From: Myxococcota bacterium
GTDB lineage: Bacteria; Myxococcota; UBA4151
Direction of reading: 5' to 3'
Length of the DNA stretch: 64,000 nucleotides
NCBI GenBank assembly: GCA_036338695.1
Contig: JAYZBQ010000018.1
Span: forward strand, 816 to 64,815
The notes beneath the pieces are model-generated. The model worked only from the letters and a program-made list of their open reading frames with translations. It did no database searches and had not been told where the DNA came from. The translations under genes and the position numbers were made by a program. Shown here in pieces: positions 9,781 through 17,502 of the stretch; the first letter of the stretch is position 1, and each line of letters begins with the position of its first letter.

Positions 9781-10452
9781 ATGTCTACAAGCCCAATTCG
9801 CGTCTTCATCGTCGAAGATCAGCCCGCCATTCTCAAGGCGCAAGTCAAGATCCTCAGCAACGCGAAGGAGCTCGAGATCATCGGCTCAGCGATGAGCGGT
9901 GAGCAAGCGCTCGAGGCGATCCCCGCCGACGCCGATGTGATTCTGTGTGATCTCGGCTTACCGGGGATCGACGGCATCGAGGTCACCAAGCGTGTCAAAG
10001 AGCGACAGCCGAACACCGAGGTCCTGATCTTCACGATCTTCGAAGAGGAAGATAAAGTGTTGGGCGCCGTGCGTGCCGGAGCGGCGGGCTACCTGCTCAA
10101 AGGCGCCGAGCGGGCAACGATCATCAGCGCCATCCAAGACGTCCACTCGGGCGGCTCGGTGATCCAGCCGACGCTGGCGCGCCTTCTGATGGAACACTTC
10201 AAGGTGGACACCGGCGCCTTTCGGCACGCCGACCCGAGCCTTGAGCCGCTCGAGTGTCCGCTGACCAACCGCGAGGTCGAGATCCTTCAAGTGATCAGCA
10301 GGGGCTTATCCAATGCGGAGGCAGCGGAGGTGCTCGACCTCAGCCGCGCAACGGTTCGGACGCACCTAGAGCACATCTATGAGAAGCTTGAGGTCTCGAA
10401 CCGCGTCGAGGCGGTCACCGAAGGAATCCGTCACGGTTTGATCGACCTCTAG
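9781..10452 (+). CDS. Two-component response regulator, NarL/FixJ (LuxR-type HTH) family
   Basis: Receiver domain with phospho-acceptor Asp (VILCDLGLPGIDG). C-terminal GerE/LuxR HTH LTNREVEILQVISRGLSNAEAAEVLDLSRATVRTHLEHIYEKL. AGGAGG RBS upstream. Confidence 0.9.
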   Translation: MSTSPIRVFIVEDQPAILKAQVKILSNAKELEIIGSAMSGEQALEAIPADADVILCDLGLPGIDGIEVTKRVKERQPNTEVLIFTIFEEEDKVLGAVRAGAAGYLLKGAERATIISAIQDVHSGGSVIQPTLARLLMEHFKVDTGAFRHADPSLEPLECPLTNREVEILQVISRGLSNAEAAEVLDLSRATVRTHLEHIYEKLEVSNRVEAVTEGIRHGLIDL

Positions 10453-10531
10453 CGCAGAGTCGACACACCACGGATCGTGCACCCGCAAACAAAAATGCAC
10501 CCGGACCGCTGAGGGGCCTGGCCTCCTGCCT

Positions 10532-12958
10532 GTGCATCCGCTAGACTGCTCACTGTGGAGGCCATCCGTGAGCATCGGCGCATACCTTTCCATCGCTCTT
10601 TTATCGAGCTTACCCTCTCCATCGATCAGCTCAGGTGCTGCGCCCGGCGAACCGCAAAGCGCCGCTTCGGCTGGTGCGAGCGACGCCGCGCCTACAGAAA
10701 AGGCAGCCGAGGAGCCACCAACAGAGCCTGTGGCACAGCCTGCGAAGAAGGCGTCGGCGAGCCAGGCACCCAAGCCCACTCAGCCCGCCAAGCCCACGAA
10801 GGCGAGCCCAGCACACCTGCGCACCAGCGCCCAGCTCGCCGAGTTAGCGAGGCGCTTGTCAGGTCACCGCGCCAGCAAGCAAGATATCCGCTGGCTTGAA
10901 GCGGCAGAAAAAAACCCAAAGAAGCCGAAGGCCTATCGTGTCGCCGCCGCCATCTTGCGCGCCGAACAGGGCTTTGCCCACGCCAACATCCCGGACGCGA
11001 TCAAACGCTTTGAAAAACTGCTCAAAGCCCATCCCGAGCTAGAGGACCTGCTCCAGCTGCGCCTGGGCGAACAAGCCCTGAAGGTCAAGCAGTACGACAC
11101 CGCAGCCAAGGCATTTAGCGCCATTGACAAACGCAGCTGGCGCGGCTCGCGACAGCGTAGCGCACGGCTCGGCGTGCTGCGCGCACACTATGGTGCCAAA
11201 AGGTATAAAGAGGCGCGTAAGGCGCAGCGCCACTATCGGCGCGTGTGCAGCCGCTGCATGGACGGTCAGACAGACGAGGTGTTGCTCATGGAGGCGCACC
11301 TTGAGCTGCTCGAAGGGAAACGGAGCAAAGCGCGTGCGCTGCTCACGGACTTGGCCGATCGATTCCCCGACCGAGCCGGGGGGGCTCAAGCCGACCTCCT
11401 CATCCAACAACACTTTCCAGGCGAGGCGCAGACGCTCGAGCGCAAGCTGCGGAGCATCCGGTACCAGGCAGGTCGAAAAGGCGACCGCTGGGCTGTTGAT
11501 GAGCTACGAAAACTTCAAACGAGCTACGCCAAGCGCCCTCGTCTTCTCCTGGAGGTCAACATCGCCTTGGGGCGTCAGCTCCGCCGGGTCGACCCTGTGG
11601 AAGGGGTTGCGCTGCTCGATCGCCTGCTGGACGCCATGGAGGACAACCACCCGCGCCGTGACGCCCTGATGGCAGCGCGCAGGATGGTGCTCCCCCGCGT
11701 CGGACGGTTCACCGAAACAGCGGACCACTATTTTGAGCAAGCCTGGACGACCCAGAGCTCATCCTTTCGGATGCAGCGCCTGTTCTACACAGCATGGAGT
11801 CTCTTTGGAGCAGGTCAATACGCCGATGCAGGGAGTATCTTCACCTGGTTGATCACACAAAAGCACGTCGACCGTGAGACCAAGGAGAAGGCGCGCTGGT
11901 ACGCCGCTTGGAGCCTTTTCCGTGCGCAGCGCCACGCCGAGGCGCTGAGCGCTTTTGATCGCCTGGCGAGCACACGCCCGCGCTGGGCACCCAAGGCGAC
12001 CTACTGGGCTGGACGCGCTGCGGTCGCCGCCGGCGACGTCGAGAAAGGCATGCTTCGGTTCCAGGTCCTGCGCGATCGCTGGCCGCACACGCTCTACGGG
12101 CTGCGGGTGGCGTCGCTGCCGGCGGTCAGTCCGCGCGCACCCTACAAACTCAGTGAAGGACGCCGAAAGGCGCTCGCCAAAGGCAGCACCAAGACCCAGC
12201 TGCGCTTGGCGGTCGCCGCCAATCTAGGGGCGGCAAAGTGGACGCGCGGCGAGGCTCTGCGCGGGCGCACACCCATCGACCCGGAGCTGGCGCTTCAATG
12301 GGGCGATGCGCTCAGGAGCTCAGGTTCGCACCACGCTGCCTTTCTGATCGCCACGCGGGCGCTGCGCTACGTCGCCGGGCTCCCGGGTGAGCGGCATCGC
12401 TCGCTGTGGGAGCTCGCCTATCCGAGGCCGTGGTTTGCGCGTTGCGGTGACTGCGCCGAGCAGGAAAACATCCCGGTCGCCATGGTCTACTCGATCATGC
12501 GTGAGGAGAGCCAGTTCCGCCCGGCGGTCGAGAGCCCGGCGGAGGCTGTCGGGCTGATGCAGATCATCCCGCCCACAGCGGCGCTGATCGCCGCCCGCTT
12601 AGAGGGGCGTTCCGTCGATCCCACAGCGCTCGCCGACCCCAACCACAACATCGCCCTCGGGACCTGGTATCTCGCCGGTCTCGCTAAGCGCTATGATGGG
12701 CAGCTACCGCTCGTGATGGCGGCCTACAACGCAGGGCCTGCAGCGGCCGATGGCTGGATTCGGCGCGCCGACTCGCTGGGCATGGACCTGACCCAGTTCA
12801 TGGAGGAGGTCCCGTACAAGGAGACCCGCGGCTACGTGAAGCGGGTCAGCCGGAGCCTCGCCGTCTACCGAATGCTCTACGGTCTGGAGCCGGGGGCGTT
12901 TACTCCGATGGTACAAGGCGTCGTCCAGAACAAGATTTCGGGCGACATCACCTTCTAA
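10532..12958 (+). CDS. Soluble lytic murein transglycosylase (Slt family) with a long alpha-helical/TPR-like N-terminal region
   Basis: C-terminal SLT domain: MVYSIMREESQFRPAVESPAEAVGLMQIIPPTA … MAAYNAGP. The signal peptide follows the first in-frame start; true start may be GTG at ~10568. Confidence 0.85.
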   Translation: MHPLDCSLWRPSVSIGAYLSIALLSSLPSPSISSGAAPGEPQSAASAGASDAAPTEKAAEEPPTEPVAQPAKKASASQAPKPTQPAKPTKASPAHLRTSAQLAELARRLSGHRASKQDIRWLEAAEKNPKKPKAYRVAAAILRAEQGFAHANIPDAIKRFEKLLKAHPELEDLLQLRLGEQALKVKQYDTAAKAFSAIDKRSWRGSRQRSARLGVLRAHYGAKRYKEARKAQRHYRRVCSRCMDGQTDEVLLMEAHLELLEGKRSKARALLTDLADRFPDRAGGAQADLLIQQHFPGEAQTLERKLRSIRYQAGRKGDRWAVDELRKLQTSYAKRPRLLLEVNIALGRQLRRVDPVEGVALLDRLLDAMEDNHPRRDALMAARRMVLPRVGRFTETADHYFEQAWTTQSSSFRMQRLFYTAWSLFGAGQYADAGSIFTWLITQKHVDRETKEKARWYAAWSLFRAQRHAEALSAFDRLASTRPRWAPKATYWAGRAAVAAGDVEKGMLRFQVLRDRWPHTLYGLRVASLPAVSPRAPYKLSEGRRKALAKGSTKTQLRLAVAANLGAAKWTRGEALRGRTPIDPELALQWGDALRSSGSHHAAFLIATRALRYVAGLPGERHRSLWELAYPRPWFARCGDCAEQENIPVAMVYSIMREESQFRPAVESPAEAVGLMQIIPPTAALIAARLEGRSVDPTALADPNHNIALGTWYLAGLAKRYDGQLPLVMAAYNAGPAAADGWIRRADSLGMDLTQFMEEVPYKETRGYVKRVSRSLAVYRMLYGLEPGAFTPMVQGVVQNKISGDITF

Positions 12959-12966
12959 AAACGATG

Positions 12967-12991
12967 AGCGGGCGACTCAACGTCGCCCGCT
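12967..12991. terminator. GC-rich hairpin (10-bp stem, 5-nt loop) between convergent genes; possible bidirectional terminator or stabiliser
   Basis: agcgggcgac-tcaac-gtcgcccgct is a perfect inverted repeat. There is no U-tract, so it is not a classic intrinsic terminator. Confidence 0.35.
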
Positions 12992-13018
12992 GCTCGTACA
13001 CCATGAGTTCGCAGCCGG

Positions 13019-13417
13019 TTACGGTGCCGTTCGGAACCGCTTCTCGATACTGGCGTCGAGGGTCTCGCCGCCCGTACTACCGAGCGCCCCGCCGATCGTG
13101 AGCGTGTAGCGGGCGTCGCGGGTCAGCGGGTCAGCCGGCTGCACCGAGATCACCTCTTTGTTCGCCTCGAGCTGCGTCACCGTCGCCGACACCTCGGCGC
13201 CGTTGCTGTCCTTGAGCACGATCGCCGAGAGCGTCGCTGCGTCGACGTCTTCGCTCAAGACCACGAACAGCTCGACCTCGGGGTCCACGTTCACGGCGCC
13301 ACCGCTCGGGCTGGTGTCGAGGATCACAAATCCCGAATCGATCTGTACTGACGTGCCGCACGCTGCGGCGCCCAAAAGTCCCGATAAAGCAAGTACACTG
13401 AGCATGAGCCGGCGCAT
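13019..13417 (-). CDS. Small lipoprotein with an Ig-like (SbsA/BIg-like) beta domain
   Basis: Signal/lipobox LLGAAAC. 132 aa beta-rich. Confidence 0.5.
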   Translation of the reverse strand: MRRLMLSVLALSGLLGAAACGTSVQIDSGFVILDTSPSGGAVNVDPEVELFVVLSEDVDAATLSAIVLKDSNGAEVSATVTQLEANKEVISVQPADPLTRDARYTLTIGGALGSTGGETLDASIEKRFRTAP

Positions 13418-13501
13418 ACGCGTTCTCCAATAGCGGGTCTCTCATTCACCAAACCCGCTGCAAGGTCAATCATTCCATAGCTTAAGTCGTAACGCCAGAC
13501 T

Positions 13502-14179
13502 ATGGACAAGTTAAGTGACGCCCGTCGGTTCGCCGACGAACGTGGAGAAGGCATGGCGATACCCCGAGGTCGGCTCGTCCGAGTCCACCCTGACAACCCG
13601 GAGCCGCGCAAGATCGAGCGAGCAGCTCAAGCGCTGCGCGACGGGCGGCTGATCGCCTGGCCAACGGACACCGGGTACGCGCTCGCTTGCGGGCTGTACA
13701 ACCGCCGGGGAATGGACCTGCTCCGCAAGCTGCGCGGGCTCGACAGCGCCCACCCCTTCACCTTCGCTGTCCAGAGCCTGAGCCGGGTGACCCGATACGG
13801 CGTGGTCGAGAACAAGAACTTTGTACACCTTAAGCGGATGCTTCCTGGCCCCTACACGGTCGTGCTCCGCTCGACCAAAGTGGTGCCCCGCATCCTCCAC
13901 AACAAACGCAAAGCGATCGGCGTACGGGTGATCGATCACCCGGTCGCCAGCGCGCTGGTGGAGACGATGGATGAGGCGATCATTACCACCTCAGCGGCGC
14001 ATCAGGGCGAACACCTCGCTTATCCCGAAGAGATCAAAGAGATCTTTGGACATGCCCTAGACCAGATACTCGACGTAGAGTACCTGCCTGCCAACGAAAG
14101 CTCAGTTGTAGACCTTAGCGGCGTGCACCCCAAGGTGCTGCGTCAAGGATTAGGAGATGTATCATGGTTCGAGCACTAG
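13502..14179 (+). CDS. tsaC: L-threonylcarbamoyladenylate synthase (YrdC/TsaC family)
   Basis: YrdC-fold signature: WPTDTGYALAC, K.R....P, ITTSAA. ~225 aa. Confidence 0.8.
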   Translation: MDKLSDARRFADERGEGMAIPRGRLVRVHPDNPEPRKIERAAQALRDGRLIAWPTDTGYALACGLYNRRGMDLLRKLRGLDSAHPFTFAVQSLSRVTRYGVVENKNFVHLKRMLPGPYTVVLRSTKVVPRILHNKRKAIGVRVIDHPVASALVETMDEAIITTSAAHQGEHLAYPEEIKEIFGHALDQILDVEYLPANESSVVDLSGVHPKVLRQGLGDVSWFEH

Positions 14180-14946
14180 CCTGCTCCCTACTCGTTTCGC
14201 TTGCGGCGTGTTCGAGCGCGCCGGTCCTGCCGGCACCTGCGATGAACCCATCGCTCGCCAACCAAAAACTGCTCAGCGATGTCGTCTCTGCGGCGTTCAG
14301 CCGCATCGACGGCCTCAACCTGCGGCGTCATGTCAACGGTAAGAACGTCGCGGTTCAGGTCTCGACCACCTACCAGGCCGAGACCTCGGCGCTGCGTGCC
14401 CACGCGGCTTTATTGTTGACGCGCGCTGGCGCCGTTCGGGCGGATCTTAACCGCGGCGGCGACCTCGTCGCGCTGATCGTCCTGCGCGCCTATGGCGTCC
14501 AGTCAGTCGATGTGGACGACGGTAACCAACAGCGCGGTTTTGTGCTCGGTGACTTGGTCCTCCTGCAGCCGGGGAATGGCGAGGTGCACCGAGAGGCGAT
14601 CGCGGCCAAAGCGATCGACCACTACTTCAGCGACGGCTCGCGTGAGCGCCGCAACGTCGGACGCCGACAGCCTGAGCCTGAGCCCGAACCCGAACCGGAA
14701 CCCGAACCGGAGCCCGAAGCGGAGCCGGAGCCAGAGCCGGAGCCCGCCGCAGAGCCCCGGCGCCGGGACCGTCGCCGCTCACGCAGCTCGGACCGTGGTG
14801 ACCGGCGCGAGACCGAGAGCCGGCGCCGCTCTCGCCGGAGCGCAGAGGATGATGACGACGAAGACCGCGCCGAGGAAGGCGAGACGCGCACGCGGAAACG
14901 CCGCACCCGCCGCCGCCGCCGCCGTCAGCCGCTGATCCTGGAGTAA
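14164..14946 (+). CDS. Lipoprotein with a (Pro-Glu)n linker and an extremely Arg/Ser/Asp-rich (RS-like) C-terminal tail
   Basis: ATG 14164 with AGGAGA 6 nt upstream. Lipobox LLVSLAAC. PEPEPEPEPEPEPEAEPEPEPEP, then RRRDRRRSRSSDRGDRRETESRRRSRRSAEDDDDEDRAEEGETRTRKRRTRRRRRRQ. Overlaps the tsaC end by 16 nt. Confidence 0.6.
   Translation: MVRALACSLLVSLAACSSAPVLPAPAMNPSLANQKLLSDVVSAAFSRIDGLNLRRHVNGKNVAVQVSTTYQAETSALRAHAALLLTRAGAVRADLNRGGDLVALIVLRAYGVQSVDVDDGNQQRGFVLGDLVLLQPGNGEVHREAIAAKAIDHYFSDGSRERRNVGRRQPEPEPEPEPEPEPEPEAEPEPEPEPAAEPRRRDRRRSRSSDRGDRRETESRRRSRRSAEDDDDEDRAEEGETRTRKRRTRRRRRRQPLILE
14671..14757 (+). repeat. Hexanucleotide (CCNGAR)n coding repeat encoding the (PE)n linker
   Basis: ~14 near-tandem cctgag/cccgaa/ccggag units with synonymous variation. 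Confidence 0.6.
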
Positions 14947-14948
14947 TT

Positions 14949-15752
14949 ATGAGCCTCCCGTTCAGCGGAACCGATGACTACGTCTCGACCCCCGAGCTCG
15001 ACCAAGCGGTCAGCTGTGCGCTCGTGCTCGGACGCCCGCTGCTGGTCAAAGGGGAGCCTGGTACGGGCAAAACCCTCCTCGCCGAGGCGGTGAGCCAAGC
15101 GCTCGGCCGACCGCTCTACAAATGGCACGTCAAATCGACGAGTCAGGCTCAAGACGGGCTCTACACCTACGACGTCGTCGGGCGCCTCAACGACTCCCGC
15201 TTTGGCGGCGGTGACGTCCACAACATCCGCCACTACATCCGGACAGGCCCACTAGGCACTGCGATCGCCGGCGGCGCTCCGGCGGTCGTGCTGGTCGACG
15301 AGATCGACAAAGCCGACCCCGAGTTCCCGAATGATCTGCTGCGCGAGCTGGACGAGATGGCCTTCACCATCTCCGAGCTCGACGAGACGGTCTCCACGCA
15401 AGAGCGCCCCTTGGTGATCATCACCTCCAACGCAGAGAAAGAGCTCCCGGACGCCTTCTTGCGGCGCTGCGTCTTCCACTTCCTCGAGTTTCCCGATGCA
15501 GACCGTATGGAACAGATCGTACGTGTTCATCACCCGAGCCTCGATGAAGGCTTGGTGGACGCAGCGCTCAAGCGATTCTTTGAGCTCCGTAACCGGCGCG
15601 GCCTGCGCAAGCGACCGAGCACGAGCGAGCTCGTTGACTGGCTGGCGGTGCTCGCTCACCATGGCGCAGACCCCGAGGTCATGGCGGCTGGCTTACCCTT
15701 CGCCGGCACCCTCCTCAAAGATGAGGCGGATTTGAGCGGCTTCGTGCAGTAG
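14949..15752 (+). CDS. MoxR-family AAA+ ATPase (CoxD-like)
   Basis: P-loop GEPGTGKT, Walker B VVLVDEIDKA, sensor/arginine-finger region; 267 aa. Paired with the VWA gene immediately downstream. Confidence 0.85.
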   Translation: MSLPFSGTDDYVSTPELDQAVSCALVLGRPLLVKGEPGTGKTLLAEAVSQALGRPLYKWHVKSTSQAQDGLYTYDVVGRLNDSRFGGGDVHNIRHYIRTGPLGTAIAGGAPAVVLVDEIDKADPEFPNDLLRELDEMAFTISELDETVSTQERPLVIITSNAEKELPDAFLRRCVFHFLEFPDADRMEQIVRVHHPSLDEGLVDAALKRFFELRNRRGLRKRPSTSELVDWLAVLAHHGADPEVMAAGLPFAGTLLKDEADLSGFVQ

Positions 15753-15765
15753 CTCGGCGACCCTT

Positions 15766-16938
15766 ATGTTCCTCGAGTGGTTCATCAACTTGCGTCGCAG
15801 CGGCGTACCGGTCACGCTCCCCGAGTGGTTGGATCTCATGCGCGCCCTCGAGCATGGCGCCGTAGCCAACCTTGACGAGCTCTACAGCGTCGGTCTGTGT
15901 CTGCTGGTCAAATCAGAGAACCGCTACGACGACTACGACCTGGCGTTTTCAGCGAGTTTTGGTGACGGGACCCTCCCTACCGAGCTCAGCGCCCAGTTCG
16001 AGGAATGGCTCAAAGACCCAAAGTCGGCGCAGTTTGACCCTGCCACGATCGCAGCCCTGAGCGCGCTCGATCCCGATGAGCTGCGGCGGCGCTTCGAAGA
16101 GATGCTGAAAAACCAGAAGGAGCGCCACGACGGCGGATCGCGGTACATCGGCACCGGCGGCACCTCGCCGTTTGGAACGGGCGGCGCACACCCCAGCGGG
16201 ATCCGCGTCGGAGGTGGAGGTCAGCGCAGCGCCGCGATGGTCGCAGACAAGCGACGCTTTCAAGCCTACCGAGATGACGCCGTGCTCGACGTGCGGCAGT
16301 TCGACATCGCGTTAAGGATGCTGCGGCAGCTCTTGCGCGAGGGCCCTGACGAGCTCGACATCGACGAGAGCATCGCCGTGACAGCGAAACAAGGCGGCGA
16401 GATCGACCTCGTGTTCCGCCCCACTCGGAAAAACGCCATCCGGCTGCTGCTCGTGATGGACGTCGGCGGGTCCATGACGCCCCACGCCCAAATCTGTGAC
16501 CGCCTCTTCTCGGCGGCGTCGAAGGCGAACCATTTCAAACAGTTTGATCACTACTGGTTTCACAACTGCCCCTACGAGCGGCTCTGGGATCAGAGCCCGT
16601 CGAGTCGATCGGTCACGCCCACCGCCGATGTCCTGGAGAAGCATCACGAAGACACCTGCGTGATCTTTGTCGGTGACGCCTGCATGCACCCCTGGGAGCT
16701 TTTTCAGCCGGGCTGGACGATTCATCGCTTCCGCCAGCACGAGATGCGGCGCGGCTTGGACTGGGTAGAGGCCTTCGGGAAGCGCTTTCGCAACCGCATC
16801 TGGCTGAACCCCGAGCCGCAACGCTATTGGAATCACCCGACCATCGAAGCGATCGGGCAACACTTCCCGATGTTTCCGCTGACGCTCCAGGGCTTGCGAG
16901 ATGGCGTCCGCTCACTGAGGCGTCAGTTGCGAAATTAG
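15766..16938 (+). CDS. VWA-domain protein, CoxE-like (MoxR partner)
   Basis: The C-terminal VWA with LLVMDVGGSM resembles the MIDAS DxSxS motif (DVGGS). Gene order AAA+-MoxR then VWA is typical of CoxD/CoxE-like pairs. Confidence 0.8.
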   Translation: MFLEWFINLRRSGVPVTLPEWLDLMRALEHGAVANLDELYSVGLCLLVKSENRYDDYDLAFSASFGDGTLPTELSAQFEEWLKDPKSAQFDPATIAALSALDPDELRRRFEEMLKNQKERHDGGSRYIGTGGTSPFGTGGAHPSGIRVGGGGQRSAAMVADKRRFQAYRDDAVLDVRQFDIALRMLRQLLREGPDELDIDESIAVTAKQGGEIDLVFRPTRKNAIRLLLVMDVGGSMTPHAQICDRLFSAASKANHFKQFDHYWFHNCPYERLWDQSPSSRSVTPTADVLEKHHEDTCVIFVGDACMHPWELFQPGWTIHRFRQHEMRRGLDWVEAFGKRFRNRIWLNPEPQRYWNHPTIEAIGQHFPMFPLTLQGLRDGVRSLRRQLRN

Positions 16939-17017
16939 TTGAACCCAGAGACGTTTCGGACAAGACAGTCGCCGAGTCCGAAGGGCTCGCCGATGAAGCC
17001 ATGAGAAGGGGCACGCT

Positions 17018-17389
17018 ATGTCGACGATGATCACCGCCGATTGCATCAACTGTGGTGCGTGTGAACCTGAGTGCCCCAACTCGGCCATCCGCGAGGGCGA
17101 CATGGCTTACGTCATCAACCCAGCGTTGTGTACGGAATGCGTTGGATTTTACGGCGCCGAGATGTGCCAAGAGGTGTGCCCGGTCGCCTGCTGCATCCCC
17201 AATCAAAATCTCCGCGAATCGGAAGAGACGCTCCACGCTCGTGCGCTCAAACTGCACGGCGCCAATGAGGTCCCGGCGCTCGCCGACCTCGACGCCGAGA
17301 CGAGCCGCTTTCGCAACGACGATTGGGACAACGAGGAAGAAGAAGGCGCCGAGCCCGCAGAGGACTTCTCGCCCTACTGGGACGACTAG
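17018..17389 (+). CDS. Ferredoxin, 2x[4Fe-4S] (YfhL-like) with an acidic C-terminal tail
   Basis: CINCGACEPECP and CTEC…C…CPVAC cysteine clusters. The tail is DDWDNEEEEGAEPAEDFSPYWDD. RBS GAGAAGGGG. Confidence 0.85.
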   Translation: MSTMITADCINCGACEPECPNSAIREGDMAYVINPALCTECVGFYGAEMCQEVCPVACCIPNQNLRESEETLHARALKLHGANEVPALADLDAETSRFRNDDWDNEEEEGAEPAEDFSPYWDD

Positions 17390-17502
17390 ACCAGCCTCCG
17401 CACGGCATAGGGCGCTCGCTCCGGTAAGCGGTCATTTTTCAAGGGAATCTTTGCAACGCCGCCCGATGGGCGTACCCTCTCGCTCGGGAGGGTTGCGGGC
17501 TC

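Noticed and set aside
10452-10532. Possible sigma-54 (-24/-12) promoter TGGCCTCCTGCCTGTGCA upstream of the transglycosylase, plus a TGCACCCG direct repeat
   Set aside because: Spacing between the GG and GC elements is off by two. I cannot call it without a position-weight search.
14164-14946. Considered whether the Arg-rich tail of the PE-repeat lipoprotein is a frameshift artefact
   Set aside because: Kept as a feature. The frame is continuous from a good RBS/ATG to a stop 3 nt before the next gene's RBS. Only resequencing of the hexanucleotide repeat can settle it.
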